Source: the human T2T-CHM13v2.0 reference genome, Homo sapiens
Strand: one strand, 5' to 3'
NCBI RefSeq assembly: GCF_009914755.1
Contig: NC_060926.1
Length of the DNA: 64,000 nt
The position numbers were made by a program, and so were the translations under genes. Under the pieces are notes generated by a model. The model did no database searches and had not been told where the DNA came from. It worked only from the letters and a program-made list of their open reading frames with translations. Shown piece by piece: positions 14,076 to 30,593 of this stretch (position 1 is the stretch's first letter; every line of letters begins with the position of its first letter).

Positions 14076-15056
14076 AAGGTACAACCAAACAAATATAAGA
14101 CTCTCCTCTCTTCTTACCACTTATATTTATAGGATATAGAATCTTCCCAAGAATCAGAGGTGGGTACGATAATATCAATACTTCCATGTCACTACCCCTG
14201 GGCTTCACTGGCTGAACTGGGACCTTGGCCTCTCCCAGCAGAGTCTCTTCTAGTTATTGCTGCGAAAGTCCCATGTGTGTCTGAGAACATCTTGGGACTA
14301 TTCCTGCTTCCCTTTGTTCCTTTTCTCTCTCAGAGGAACCAAAACATTCGGCTCTGGATCTTTGACATGTCAGAACAGCACCTCATTCTGAACAAATCTA
14401 TGCTGAAAGTTCACCCAGAACCCTGATATATCTCTATTTTTCTCCTTTTCAAAAAGAAAATGAAAACATCTTATAAAATTTTGGAGCCAAATTTTTTTTA
14501 GTTAAAAGTATATGTTGGTTCTGACTGCATTAAGTATTATTTTTATCACCATTTAAAATACTTCCTTAGAATCCTAATGCATGGAAATATAGGGATGAAT
14601 TAATTATTTTCTCTTTTATTCTTTTACTTTCTTTTTTTTTTTGCTATATTAACAGCCTTGCTATTATTCAACACTCTTCTGAAAATCCTAGCCAACTCAA
14701 TAAGTAACATATAATTACGAAAAAGAAGCCAAAATTATCATTAGTCACAGTTGTGAGGCAATGACAACCAAAAACTATTACAACTAATGAGTACAGCAGG
14801 ATTGTGTAGAATAAAAATTAAATATAAGTGTATATGTGTATATATGTACATATTTATGTGTGTGTGCATATATACACATACACATATAGTTTTCCTATGT
14901 GACAAAAATTACCACCTAAAACATAATATAAAGAGGAATAAAATTGAAACTAACTAAGGCATAACTAAAACAAAATTCTTAGGCCATATTAGAAGAACAT
15001 AAAACTTTGCCAAGGGATATAAGAAGGAGACTTAGATATTGCTATAATGAATGTTT

Positions 15057-15367
<311 letters not shown>

Positions 15368-15826
15368 TTATCAGTTTAATATGATTACACTGAAACTATC
15401 CCTTTGATTCTTTTTGGAACTTTGAACATAATTTTAAAATTCAACTAGAAAAGTCATTGGGAAAGACTGGACAGGCTGACTCTGAAACCCAAGTCCCCCT
15501 GCTGTCCCCACTGCCACTGAGCTGCACTGTGGAGGTGTGTTCTGTTGAAGTAGGTGCAATAACAGCCCAGGGACAGGTAAATAAAATACAACAGAAATCC
15601 CCCAAACAGACTCGAGTATCCATCTAGTATTTGATAAAGATGAATTCAAGAACTAAGGTAACATTGGAAGTAAACATGGGTAATTCAGCCATGTGTTCAA
15701 CTTGACTAGCTGCCATCTTGATTTCTCTAGTGAGATTTTTTTTTGCTGCATTTCACCAGGGGTCTCCTGGTGGTACTCACTCAATGTTTGCAGTATACCA
15801 TGGTGATTAAGAACTTGGGAGCCTGA

Positions 15827-16345
<519 letters not shown>

Positions 16346-17158
16346 AAGAATTACTAAGTGTTTTCATGTCATGATTTCTCTTTTACAAAAATGCAGACTT
16401 TACGTAAATTCTCAGAGCGAAATCTCAGTATTCTCAGAACATCTTCTATGGCCCAGTACGTAGGTGCAACCTCTTTTCCTGGACCATACCCTCAATCACA
16501 TTGCAGGTATAAATTGCCCAGGGGGCAGTTTGAGTCACTTTATTTTAAAATTAGTGCCTGTATATATTTTTTTAAATGTCGATTTCTTCATCAAGTCATT
16601 TTTTTGAAAAAGTGGCTATCTTGTGAAAATTGCTACCATAGCAAATATTAATGGTAATTATCCCTGATGTGATTATGTGAGATCCTTACTTTCTTCCTTT
16701 ATTTTTCTCTAATTTCCCAATATTCTACACTAGAAATGTTTTATTTTAGAGTTAGAAAAAAATATATATTAACAGAAAAACAACAAAGACTTAGGAAGTT
16801 TCAACCTATTGGTCTTGGCTGGCTAGGAGTCACTGAGGTTAGAGGCACTTTAACTGCTAACTCAGACTAGCTGATATTTCTTTCTTTCTTATGTTTTAAC
16901 AAAAATTTAAAAGAAACGGACTCACCAGATGCTCAGACTTAAACTGTGAGAGGCAACAACACAACAGAATTCCCTAGGGAAACACTGGGTCCCTGAAACC
17001 ACCATTGCCACATGGCTTACCCTGATAGAGGCAAGTCAGTGTGCAAGGATGAAAGAGCTTGGGTTACGGTTGAGGCTGAGTCCAGGCTGAGCTGGTGATG
17101 CCTCAGCGTCCCTTAAGGCAGGACTGGGGCAGGAGTCTAAGAATGAGATTTAGAGGTG

Positions 17159-17671
17159 TGTTGGGAACAGGCCCCCCAAAATCTGGCCATAAACTGGCCC
17201 CAAAACTGGCCATAAACAAAATCTCTGCAGCACTGTGACATGTTCATGACGGCCATGACGCCCATGCTGGAAGGTTGTGGGTTTACCAGAATGAGGGCAA
17301 GGAACACCTGGCCCACCCAGGGTGGAAAACTGCTTAAAGGCATTCTTAAGCCACAAACAACAGCATGAGCGATCTGTGCCTTAAGGACATGCCCCTCCTG
17401 CAGTTAACTAGCTCAACCTATTCCTGTAATTAGGCCCATCCCTTTGTTTCCCATAAGGGATATTTTTAGTTAATTTAATATCTATAGAAACAATGCTAAT
17501 GACTGGCTTGCTGTTAATAAATACGTGGGTAAATCTCTGTTCAGGGCTCTCAGCTCTGAAGGCTGTGAGACCCCTGATTTCCCACTTCACGCCTCTATAT
17601 TTCTGTGTGTGTGCCTTTAATTCCTCTAGCGCAGCTGGGTTAGGGTCTCCCTGACCGAGCTGGTCTCGGCA
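17159..17671 (+). mobile_element. MER9 solo LTR (HERV-K9/HML-3)
   Basis: TGTTGGGAACAGGCCCCCCAAAATCTGGCCATAAACTGGCC...GGTCTCGGCA, 513 bp, AATAAA present, perfect 6-bp TSD GAGGTG at 17153-17158 and 17672-17677. Confidence 0.93.
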
Positions 17672-18617
17672 GAGGTGGGCATAGGAAAACCAGCTCAGAT
17701 GTCCATTTTGGGATCTCTCCTCATGTCTTTGGAGCTGGCCATTGGGATAGTCCAGGGAGTCCTCCCCAGAAGAATGGCTGGCCCTTTCCTAGTCTCACTG
17801 TGCAGACCTCTTGGGAATGTCCTCAGTCTAGTCCAGCGTAACCCCCAGTCAAGAGCTTCAGAGCCTCCTTCTTATGACTTGCGGCATGAATCCTACCTCC
17901 AGGAAAGCCTTTCCTCCCTCCAGGAGCCAATTGTGCATGCCATGTTCTGTGGTTATCTCTATCCATGCCTCAGGTCCCTGACATTCAGCCAAAAAGTATC
18001 TCCAGCCATGTGCCTTACATGGTTCTGAGCCCTGACTAAGGCAGACCCTGAGAACCAATGGTTGCTGGCAAGAATGGAGATTCATCTACCTTGGCCTCTC
18101 AAAGTGCTTAAGAAGAAGGGGAGTGGTGGGTATTTTAAAGATATACTGCCTGGAACCAAGGCAGCTCTAGGGTGGAGCAGCACAAAACATTGTACAACTC
18201 AAGAGGACATGATTTCTTCTTTGGTCTGTGGGAATTACACTCCCCTTGTCTGTCAGTTCAGGTCTTCTAAAGAGCAGAAGCCAAGACTAAATTAGACAAC
18301 TATGTTAGTTTGCTAGGGCTGCCCCAACAAAGTGCTACAGACTGGTTGATTTAAACAACAGCCATGTTAAACAACGTCTCACCGTTCTGGAGGCCAGAAG
18401 TCTTAAATCAGGTGTTGGCTCTTTCTGAGGGCTCTCTCCTGTTCTGTGCCTCTCTCCTGGCTTCTCATAGCCTTAGGAGTTCCTTGGCTTGGAGATGACT
18501 CTCCCTGTATCTTCACACCATCTTCCCTCTGCACGCATCTGCATCAGTGTCCAAGCATCCTCCTTCTTATTAGGACACCAGTCATACTGGACTAGGGTTC
18601 ACTCTAATGACCTCATC

Positions 18618-18912
<295 letters not shown>

Positions 18913-18948
18913 CTGACCTCATCTTAAACTGATCATCTGCAAATGCCC

Positions 18949-19325
18949 GGTATTAGTCCTGTAGTACCAATTTAGTATATCGGTTTTCATGCTGCTGATA
19001 AAGACATACCCAAGACTGGGCAACTTATAAAGAAAAAGAGGTTTAATGGACTCAAAATTCCATGTGGCTGGAGAGGCCTCACAATCACGGTGGAAGGTGA
19101 AAGGCACATGGCAGCAGACAAGAGAGAATGAGAGCCAAGTGAAAGAGATTTCCCCTATAAACCCATCAGATCTTGTGAGACTTATTCACTACCATGAGAA
19201 CAGTATGGGGGGATCTGCCCCCATGATTCAATTACCTCCCACTAGGTCCTTCCAGCAACATGTGGAACTTATGGGGGCTGCAATTCAAGATGAGATTTGG
19301 GTGGGGACACAGTCAAACCATATAA
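18949..19325 (-). mobile_element. THE1 (B/C-like) LTR
   Basis: tattagtcc...catgctgctgataaagacatacccaagactggg...gtggggacacagtcaaaccata. Confidence 0.9.
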
Positions 19326-19377
19326 TACCCTATTTCTAAATAAGGTCACATTCACCAATACTGGGGGTTAGGACTTT

Positions 19378-19871
19378 GAATTAGTCAGCTTTCTCTAGAG
19401 AAACAAAACCAATAGGATATAGGTAGAAAGATCAATCAATAGATAGACAGATAGAGATAAAATAAGGAATTGGCTCACATGATTATGGCGGCTGACAAGT
19501 CCCCATATCTGCAGTCAGAAACTTGGAGACCTAGAGGAGCCAACGGTGCAGCTCCAGTTTGAATGCTAGAAGGCTCAAGACCCAGGAGGAGCTTGATGTT
19601 GCAGTTTGGGTCTGAAGGCAAGGAAAGAACCAATGTCCCAACGCAAGGCAATCACGAGAAAAGTGTTTCAACTTACTTGAAGGAGGGTTGGCATTTTGGT
19701 TCTATTCAGGTCTTCAACTGACTGGAAGAGGCTCACCCACACTGGGGAGGGCCATCTGCTTTCCTGGGTCTCCTGAGTCAAACATGAATCTCATACAGGA
19801 ACACCCATAATGATGTTTGATCAAATGTCTGGGCATCCGGTGGCCTAGTTAAGTATGAAATTAACCACCAC
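19378..19871 (-). mobile_element. MLT2 (ERVL) LTR
   Basis: ttagtcagctttctctagagaaacaaaaccaatagga...aaggaattggctcacatgattatgg...aaattaaccacca. Confidence 0.8.
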
Positions 19872-20449
19872 CCTTCAACATCATTTGGGGGGACACAATT
19901 CAACCCAAAACAATGTGCTAAAGATTGATTGGGCCAACTGCCTGGGGAGGATGAAAAGAGTGGGGCAGGAGAAGGCAGGGAGAGCCTTCTGGCCTCTAAG
20001 CAGGGCTGGCATTAGTGGAAAAAAAGGAAGGAAGGAGGAATGAGTAGGAAGAGCCTGGGACCACAGCACAGCTCTGACAACACATGCCGGGCAGGCCATG
20101 GCAGCCCCAGAGCAAAAGTTGGCTCTTCAAGGGCCCTTGGCCTGGGCAGGAGTGGCCGACTGTCATACGCCTGCTGTGCTGGGACCGTGGCTACAGCCAG
20201 AGCTGCGTGGTCTCAGCAGGTGCAAGGATGCTGCTGCCAGGGGTCGCCATCCGACTACAGCCCTCATGGCAGGTTCTCTTGAAGGGAGGTCACTTTCCCG
20301 GACCTTCAGGGCTCCTGGCTGCCAGCCCCTGGTCACTCCTCCTACTTTAGAGGAGTTCCCAGACCCATGGAAGGCAGGCTTCCTGAAGATTCTGGGAGAA
20401 TGATAATCTTACATACGTGGAGATTGCTGACAGGAGGAAAAGAACCTGA

Positions 20450-20833
<384 letters not shown>

Positions 20834-21910
20834 TAAATTTAACAGTGCCTTGGTATCCTCATCTGTGAAAGGGCGACACTAATCAAACCTGTCTCTGAGA
20901 TTTGTTGGAGAATTAAATAAGGGGAAAGACATGAAGCCCTCAGGACCTAGTGTGGCATAGCCAAACGCTCCATGATGTGGGCTCCATACACACCCTCCTA
21001 ATACAGTGTTTGTGTAAGTTAGAGTTGCAGCCAAGATTCCCAACTAGAACTATCTCCCTCTCTTCCTTCTCTTAATTGCCTTATAATTTCCATTCTTCCA
21101 TTTCAAATTCCAACCAGAGAGACACACTGTTTTTGGCCTGCTCCTCTTCTTCTCCTGTGCATAGGTTGTTGGGCCTCTTGGAATGATGACCCCAGTATAA
21201 GCAGCTGTGCCAGAGGAGAAAGGGGGCGAGAGGGGCCATGTCATCCACAGGGAGCTACCCCTTCATCTGAGCTGCTGTTTTATGCAGGAGGCACCGCATG
21301 CTGGTCGCACCCCTACAGTTCCCCAGATGCTGCTAAGGGATTTTGTTGGCCACCATTGGTCATTGGCCTCACTGGGGACAGACGCCAGTCATTTAACATC
21401 AAGTGTGTAGCTTCCCTTATTCCAAACCAGTCTGGCCCTTATGATAGATGCAAATGCTTCCCTGTGAGGAAGGTGGGATGCATACCTGGGGACAGACCCT
21501 TCCAGATCAGGTAATTCATCTTACGCAACAAGATCAAGGCGAAGGTTGCCCCTGATACCCTCCCTAGGCTGCCCACTAAACTGATTATGAAGCCAAAACA
21601 AACCAGATAAAAAACTCAAACTGCACACAGCCTGAAAACTAGCAATAATGATGAAACAGTTGGTAGAATTTGAAAGATGGTGTATTAGTTTTCACTTGCT
21701 ATACCAGGTATAAAAAATAAACTAAGCTAAACCCTTCGATCATATGTTCACAGCCAATTAAAGGCTAAAATGTAGACAAGCCCAAGTTATGCAAATGCCA
21801 GAGAAAATATCAGAGGAAGAATCTGCTGTCTGGAAGGGAAGCAACGGAATTACGCAATGAAATCACTCAGAAAAAAAATAAGTCATAATTCTTTTGGATT
21901 TAAAAAATGG

Positions 21911-23594
21911 AGCATGGTGCTGGTGCCAAAACAGATATATAGACCAACGGAACAGAACAGAGACCTCAGAAATATCACTACGCTTCTACAACCATCTGAT
22001 ATTTGACAAACCTGACAAAACAAGCAACGGGGAAAGGATTCCCTATTTAATAAATGGTGCTGGGAAAACTGGCTAGCCATCTGCAGAAAACAGAAACCGG
22101 ACTCCTTCCTTACACCTTCTACAAAAATTAACTCAAGTTGGATTAAAGGCTTAAATGTAAAACCTAAAACCATAAAAACCCTAGAAGAAAACCTAGGCTA
22201 GAAGAAAACCTAGGCTAGAAGAAAACCTAGGCTAGAAGAAAACCTAGGCTAGAAGAAAACTTAGGCTAGAAGAAAACCTAGGCTAGAAGAAAACTTAGGC
22301 TAGAAGAAAACCTAGGCTAGAAGAAAACCTAGGCTAGAAGAAAACCTAGGCTAGAAGAAAACCTAGGCTAGAAGAAAACTTAGGCTAGAAGAAAACCTAG
22401 GCTAGAAGAAAACTTAGGCTAGAAGAAAACCTAGGCTAGAAGAAAACTTAGGCTAGAAGAAAACCTAGGCTAGAAGAAAACTTAGGCAGTACCATTAAGG
22501 ACATAGACATGGGCAAAGACTTCACGACTAAAACACCAAAAACAATTGCAACAGAAGCCGAGATTGACAAATGGGATCTAATTAAACTGCACAGCAAAAG
22601 AAACTATCATCAGAGTGAACAGGCAACCTACAGAGTGGGAGAAAATTTTGCAATCTGTCCATCTGACAAATGTCTAATATCCAGAATCTAGAAGTATCTT
22701 AAACAAATTTACAAGAAAAAAACAACCCAATCCAAAAGTGGCTGAAGGATATGTATAGACACTTCTCAAAAGAAGACATTGATGCGGCCAACAAACATAT
22801 GAAAAAAAGCTCATCATCACTGCTCATTAGAGAAATGCAAATCAAAACCACAATGAGTTAGCATCTCACGCCAGTTAGAATGGCAATCATTAAGAAGTCT
22901 GGAAACAACAGATGCTGGCGAGGATGTGGAGAAATAGGAATGCTTTTACACTGTTGTGTAAATTAGTCCAACCATTGTGGAAGACAGTGTGGCAATTCCT
23001 CAAGGATCTAGAACCAAAATACCATTTGACCCAGCAATCCCATTACCCAAAGGATTGTAAATCATTCTACTATAAAGACACATGCACACATCTGTTTATT
23101 GCAGCACTATTTACAATAGCAAAGACTTGGAACCAAGCCAAATGCCCATCAATGATAGACTGGATAAATAAAATGTGGCACATATACACCATGGAATACT
23201 ATGCAGCCACACAAAAGAATGAGTTCATGTCCTTTGCAGGGACATGGATGAAGGTGGGAGCCATCATTCTTAGCAAACTAACACAGGAACAGAAAACCAA
23301 ATACCGCATGTTCTCGACTCTAAGTGGGAGTTGAACAACGAGAACACATGAACACAGGGAAGTGAACGTCACACACCGGGGCCTGTCAGGGGTTGCGGGG
23401 CAAGGGGAGGGAGAGCATTAGGACAAATACCTAATGCATGCAGGGCTTAAAATCTAGATGACTGGTTGATAGGTGCAGCAAACCACCATGGCACATGTAT
23501 ACCTATGTAACAAACCTGAACGTTCTGCGCGTGTATCCCGAACTTAAAGTAAAAAAAATTAATAAATAAAAATAAGTAAAATAAAATAAAATGA
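21911..23594 (+). mobile_element. L1PA7/8-like, 5'-truncated (ORF2 C-terminal remnant and 3'UTR)
   Basis: Broken ORF2 peptides ([33 protein letters not shown]), L1PA7/8-type 3'UTR, A-tail, TSD AAAAAATGG at 21902-21910 and 23595-23603 after a TTT/AAAA site. Confidence 0.95.
22181..22486. repeat. 17-bp VNTR x18 inside L1 ORF2 (ctagaagaaaacYtagg)
   Basis: 306 bp = 18 exact-length units with only a C/T variant. Confidence 0.98.
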
Positions 23595-23891
23595 AAAAAA
23601 TGGGACAAAAGGCAAAAAAAAGATAAGAAGCCAAAACCAAAGATCAAAACTCTTGGAAAAATGCTTACCACAAATAAATGGGGATAAAAGATTAATATTA
23701 TTCATCTACACCAAGTACTTATAGAAAAACATGTTAATTATAGGCTTGTTAAATATTACAACAATGTAAAACAATTAAAATATCCAATGACAAGAAAATT
23801 AAATTTTTCTACGTGTATAAGATGACATGCTGGAGTATAAAGGCTTATGAGGAACATTTAACGACATGTTAAAATTCCCATAATATAATGG

Positions 23892-24241
23892 TATTACGGT
23901 TTGAATGTGTCTCGAAGTTCATGTGTTGGAAACTTAATCCCCAGTGTAATAGTGTTGAGAAGTGTGAGGCCTTTAGGAGGTGTTTAGGTCATGAGGGCTC
24001 TGCTTTTATGAATGGATTAAGGTCTTTATTGTGAGAGTGGGTTTGCTATGAAAGTGGGCTTGGCCCTTTCTTGCCCTTCTGCCTGCTGCCATGGGATGAT
24101 ACAGCAAGCAGGCCCTCAGCAAAGGTAGCCACCTTGACCTTGAACTTCTCAGCTCCAGAACTGTAAGAAATAAACCTCTGTTCTTTATAAGTTACCTGAT
24201 CTTAGGTGTTCTATCCTAGCAGTGCAAAGCAGACTAAGACC
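23892..24241 (+). mobile_element. MaLR solo LTR (MSTC/D or MLT1A-like)
   Basis: ggtttgaatgtgtc...gttcatgtgttggaaacttaatcccc...gactaagac; TSD AATGG at 23887-23891 and 24242-24246. Confidence 0.85.
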
Positions 24242-24289
24242 AATGGCAACTAGAAAAGGAAGGAGGAATTTATGTACAACACACTCAAC

Positions 24290-24436
24290 TGTGTGTGCAT
24301 GTATGCCTGTGTGTGTATGTATGTGTTTTGTTCATAAGTGTTTGTGTATGTGGTATGTTTGCATGTATGTGGGTGGGTGTGCATGTGTGTACATGTGTAT
24401 GCACCCGTGTGTGCATGTGAGTGTGTGTGTATGTGT
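24290..24436. repeat. Degenerate (TG)n
   Basis: TG/TA-rich low-complexity tract. Confidence 0.85.
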
Positions 24437-25415
24437 ACCTCAGAAAAGCAAAACAAAAAACATCATGAAGAAAATTATTATACCAGAATAATAACAGTGG
24501 TTAAGTCTGCGTGATGAGATTATGGAGTGATTTAGTAACTTTATTTTTTACACCTTTTACATTTTCTGCAGTGACAATGTACTAGTGTTATAATCAGAGG
24601 GGAAAACTTCATGAAAAGATGTTGATACTGGAAGATAAAAAATATTACAACTCTCAGAGACACGTGGGCAAATAATGCACAAAGAGATAGAGAAAGAACT
24701 ATTGAAAATCTTCCCCAAACCAAAGAAAAGTAAATCAATACAACTTGGCATGCACGTTTTCTTCCATTGTGTTAGTAAATGTATTCATAAAAGGGGTCTC
24801 TAATGCTGCTGTGACTGTATCAAAAGTCACTTTCATTACCTGTCGTGGGCAGAACAGAATCTTTGAAAAATAATTTGGCAATATGCGTCAGGAACCTTAA
24901 ACACCTTCATGACCTTTCACTTGTGGGAAGCTACCTAAAGAAATAATCTGAGAATCAAATACTGATGTATGCACCAAAATGCAAATCACATCATTATAGA
25001 GCAAAAACTTAGGAGTCATACAAATGCCCAGTAACTTTCAAAATAGTTAAATGTTTGTAAAAAAAAACTAAAGTATATTCACCTCCTGAGTATTCTGCAG
25101 CCAGTAAAGTTAGGTTGAAGGTCAGTGTTAGTGGCATGGGATATTTATGGATTCGGTTGCATTGTATGAATTTCTTTTTTTTTTCTTTTTTATCCTTTTG
25201 TTCTTAAGTAGTGTATCAGCTGGAACCCAGCCTCCCACATAGCTTTGGAAGCCTGCTTTGGGTCTAGGTTATTCTCTTCCTCATTCTCACTTGCGTTGCC
25301 CTCCCACAATATTTTGCTTCTGAAGAGTGTCTAGAAAACTGGTAGTGGTTGCACACACACAGAAATCCCAGACTTCTAATTCGGATTGAAAGAAGGAGCT
25401 TCAGTGTTTGCTGTG

Positions 25416-26544
<1,129 letters not shown>

Positions 26545-26664
26545 TGTGGCACATACAAGGGAACCTGCAGCATTTACCTTCTGCTCATGATCTGCAAAGC
26601 CTGCTCAGGAAATGTGCCACACCCCTGTGTTCCTGCTGGTATATTATGAATCTAGATAACCCCC

Positions 26665-26840
26665 TGTTTCAGTCTGTTTTATGATGCTGTATCAGAATAG
26701 CCGAGACTGGGTAATTTATAATGAATAGAACTTTACTGGCTCATAGTTCTGGAGGCTGGAAAGTCCAAGATCGAGGTGCCAGCATCTGGCAAGGGCCTTC
26801 TTTCTGCAACATCCCATGGTGAAAGGGCAACAGAGAGAGA
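26665..26840 (-). mobile_element. MST-like LTR fragment
   Basis: gagactgggtaatttata...ggctcatagttctggaggctggaaagtccaagatc. Confidence 0.75.
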
Positions 26841-27932
26841 AGAATTGCATGAATTTCTGTTTTGTCAGTTAAGATGGTCAAATATTGGCAAATTCATATG
26901 TTTCATCTTTATACGGTGCAGGTCTCAACAGTTTGTAATATGCATGGAAGGAAATGCATTTGAATATTGACAGTGGTCACTCCTGAGTTGTCTCTGAGTG
27001 TTAACATGATAGATGACTTTAATCTTCCTATCTGTGGTTTTTCAGTCTAATCTAACGTTTATAATAAACCGTATGATTTAGTAATCAGAGGAAGAAAAAC
27101 AAGACCAATGCCTGCCCTCCTCCCAAAAATCTGCTCTTAAAACGAAGAACTGCTTTTTCCTGCCTTTCCCTGAGAAGTTTTCAGATATGCAGAAAAGTAG
27201 AGAGACTAGTATACTCATCACCTGTAAGTCTTGGTTTAACAATTGTTGACATTTTGCCACTTTTAAAAATCTTTCGTTTCAGCTGAAGTATTTTAAAGTC
27301 AGGCATCATGATACTTTACACCTAAATACTTTAGCATGCCTCTTGCAAAGATGCAGACATTTTCTTACATTTCCATGATCTTACCTAACAAAATTATCAC
27401 TAAAGTTTGTAGATTTAAAATCTTGAAAAATTATCTTCTTGCACTTCTGTAATTTCTAGTATGTTTAACCATCACAACATGATATCACTGCAGTTCCTTT
27501 TTTGCTTTCCCTTAATTTTGGAGGTAAAAATTTAAAGTGAAATGGAAGATGGGAGGGAGTTTATTTCTGGCATTGCTCAGTGTGAGTCAACTCTAAAATT
27601 CTATCTTAACAGTATGCAGTTCACAAGACACTGAATATGAAGGTCACATTTCTAATGTCACACCATGCAGGAACCCAGGCATCCTGCTGCTTCGTGCCTC
27701 AACATCTGCATATAAATATGTTCATTTCAAATTTTGTGGTCTTAAGGACAGAGTGGGGAGCATGAGTACAGGTAGCGGTGGCTTAGCACACAACGAGTGG
27801 TAGAGACATGATTTTGTATCCTGTGTTACATCTTGCCAGTGAGGCACAGTTTCTTTCACGGAATAAATACATCCAGTGTTTATTACAAGTAGAAGTAACT
27901 TAGAAAGACCCTTGTCTTCTCACACAGCTTAA

Positions 27933-28323
<391 letters not shown>

Positions 28324-30224
28324 TTTGGGGTAGAGGGAATGCTCTTTGTGCTAACTTCTTTCTCCTTCAGTGGCCCTTCCAACATTCTATCCAGAGGCTT
28401 CTCCTTTCCAGTTAGGGAACCATCTGTCAGTGAAAGATATTTCGCTACCACAAGCTGGGAACCGCTCCCCACTTCTTCATGGAAGCTCTCCAGAAGGACT
28501 CTTGAGGAATGAAGAACTGGAACCTGGAGATGGAAGGACTGTGCCTGGTGTTCCCAGGAGCAGCCGATAACATTGCAGATTGTGCAAGTTTGGCCCCTTC
28601 GGCCCTCCAGCAGGTTGGCATCCATTGTCTGGTTCATTAGAAGTTGATGCTGGCTTTCCCATTGATGGAGCAGTCCCTACAGGGTAGTCACTCCCTCCTT
28701 GGCACGCTGATCTCTGGGGTTGAGGTGGAGGCGCTTCCTCCACTGGATCCAGTAAGTTTTGCACTTGTTTGGGATTTGGGGAAAGACAAGCCTGGTTTGG
28801 AGGATGAGGAGGCAGCTCCCTTGGTCCCAGGAGAAAGGAAGCAGCTTTTCTGACAATGCTGGGGGAAGAGGGTCACCTACCACCTCTTGCAGCATGAGCA
28901 AAGGGATCTAATCAGGCGGGAGGAGGTTTAGGAAGTAGCTGGACTCAATGAGAGACAGGTGGTAGTGTTTGGGATTCTGAGCTGGCCCCCAGCCAGGGTA
29001 AGTGGAGCAGCTGTGCTGTGAGAGATGGGCTGACGTGCACCACAGGGTGCCAGGCCTGTGCAAACTGCCTGTGTGTGCAGAGAGCCTGATTACCTTCAGG
29101 GCCTCAAAAGGGCAGAGACACAATTCTGGGCATAAGAACCCATCTGAAATGCCAGGGCAGGAGAAGGTTGCAGCCTGGTGGGCTGGCTGTCACCCAGCCT
29201 CACGCCAAGCACAGAGGGTCAGATCATGGCCTCCAGACCTGACATGTGAACTGACAGCTGGAGGAGGCGGACCCCTCTGTAGTCCCTGTCCTGCTGCTGG
29301 TGAGAAGGGCTAATGCGTTGGGCTGAGCCTGCCATTTCCAGAACATCTTAATGACCACAGCTGTGCAGCCAGGGATCGCTTTACCACACCAGGTGCTGGA
29401 AACACCCAAGACTGGTGCTTCTCAGTGTGATCTCCCTACACCCTGACAGCTCTGTCCTCTGCAGTAAGTGAGACCTTGACTCTATCAGAATAGGGACAGA
29501 ATTAAACGCATAGTTTCTGGAGCCAAACTGCCTGAGTTTAAGGCCAAACTCCACTCCATACTGGCTGCATGTAAACTGTAGAAAGCTACTGTGTTCGTGA
29601 TATGTGGCTGCAGAAGAAAATACCTCCTTAGTAAAACATTCAAATAAAACAGAAGAGTTGTTCAGAAGTAACTGGAAACACTGTGGAATGCTACCTCACA
29701 CATGCTCATCATTTTAGCATAATTTGCTAAAATGGTTTCTAACTCCGAAATATTTACCTCGAAACACACATACACACATAACTAATGGAACATGTTACGG
29801 TGCATTGTTAACACATGCTTTCCCCATGCTCAGAATGCCACCAACACGAGCCAGCACCGTGGGCTGCTTGCACACCCTGCCACAGAGCTCCAGCTCACTG
29901 CACGGCAGAACCCCTTGGCGACAAGCTCTCAGCTCATTACATTTGTGGTGATTTGTTCCACCAGCAAATGGGAAAGTCATGTCCTCTCTGATGGCCAGGA
30001 TCAGCACACTAGGTTGGAGCTGGGATGGGTACATGGACCTTCAGTATTTCATTTCCTTCATTATAACTTACTGGGCAATACAAATTTATTTTCTATTATC
30101 TAAGATATAGTTTAGTTAACTAATCCGCTCTCAGGCTGGTCTACTAGCACTTCCATTCCTAGGCATATATAGAAAAGTATCCTAAGGGAGTGTAAGGAAA
30201 ATATACAAATATATAAATATATAA

Positions 30225-30593
<369 letters not shown>

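Noticed and set aside
22181-22486. Regular short repeats resembling a CRISPR array
   Set aside because: No spacers, the unit is an L1 ORF2 motif, eukaryotic context, no cas genes
22912-23334. ORF with L1 ORF2 C-terminal similarity
   Set aside because: Frameshifted fragment of a 5'-truncated L1; not a functional CDS
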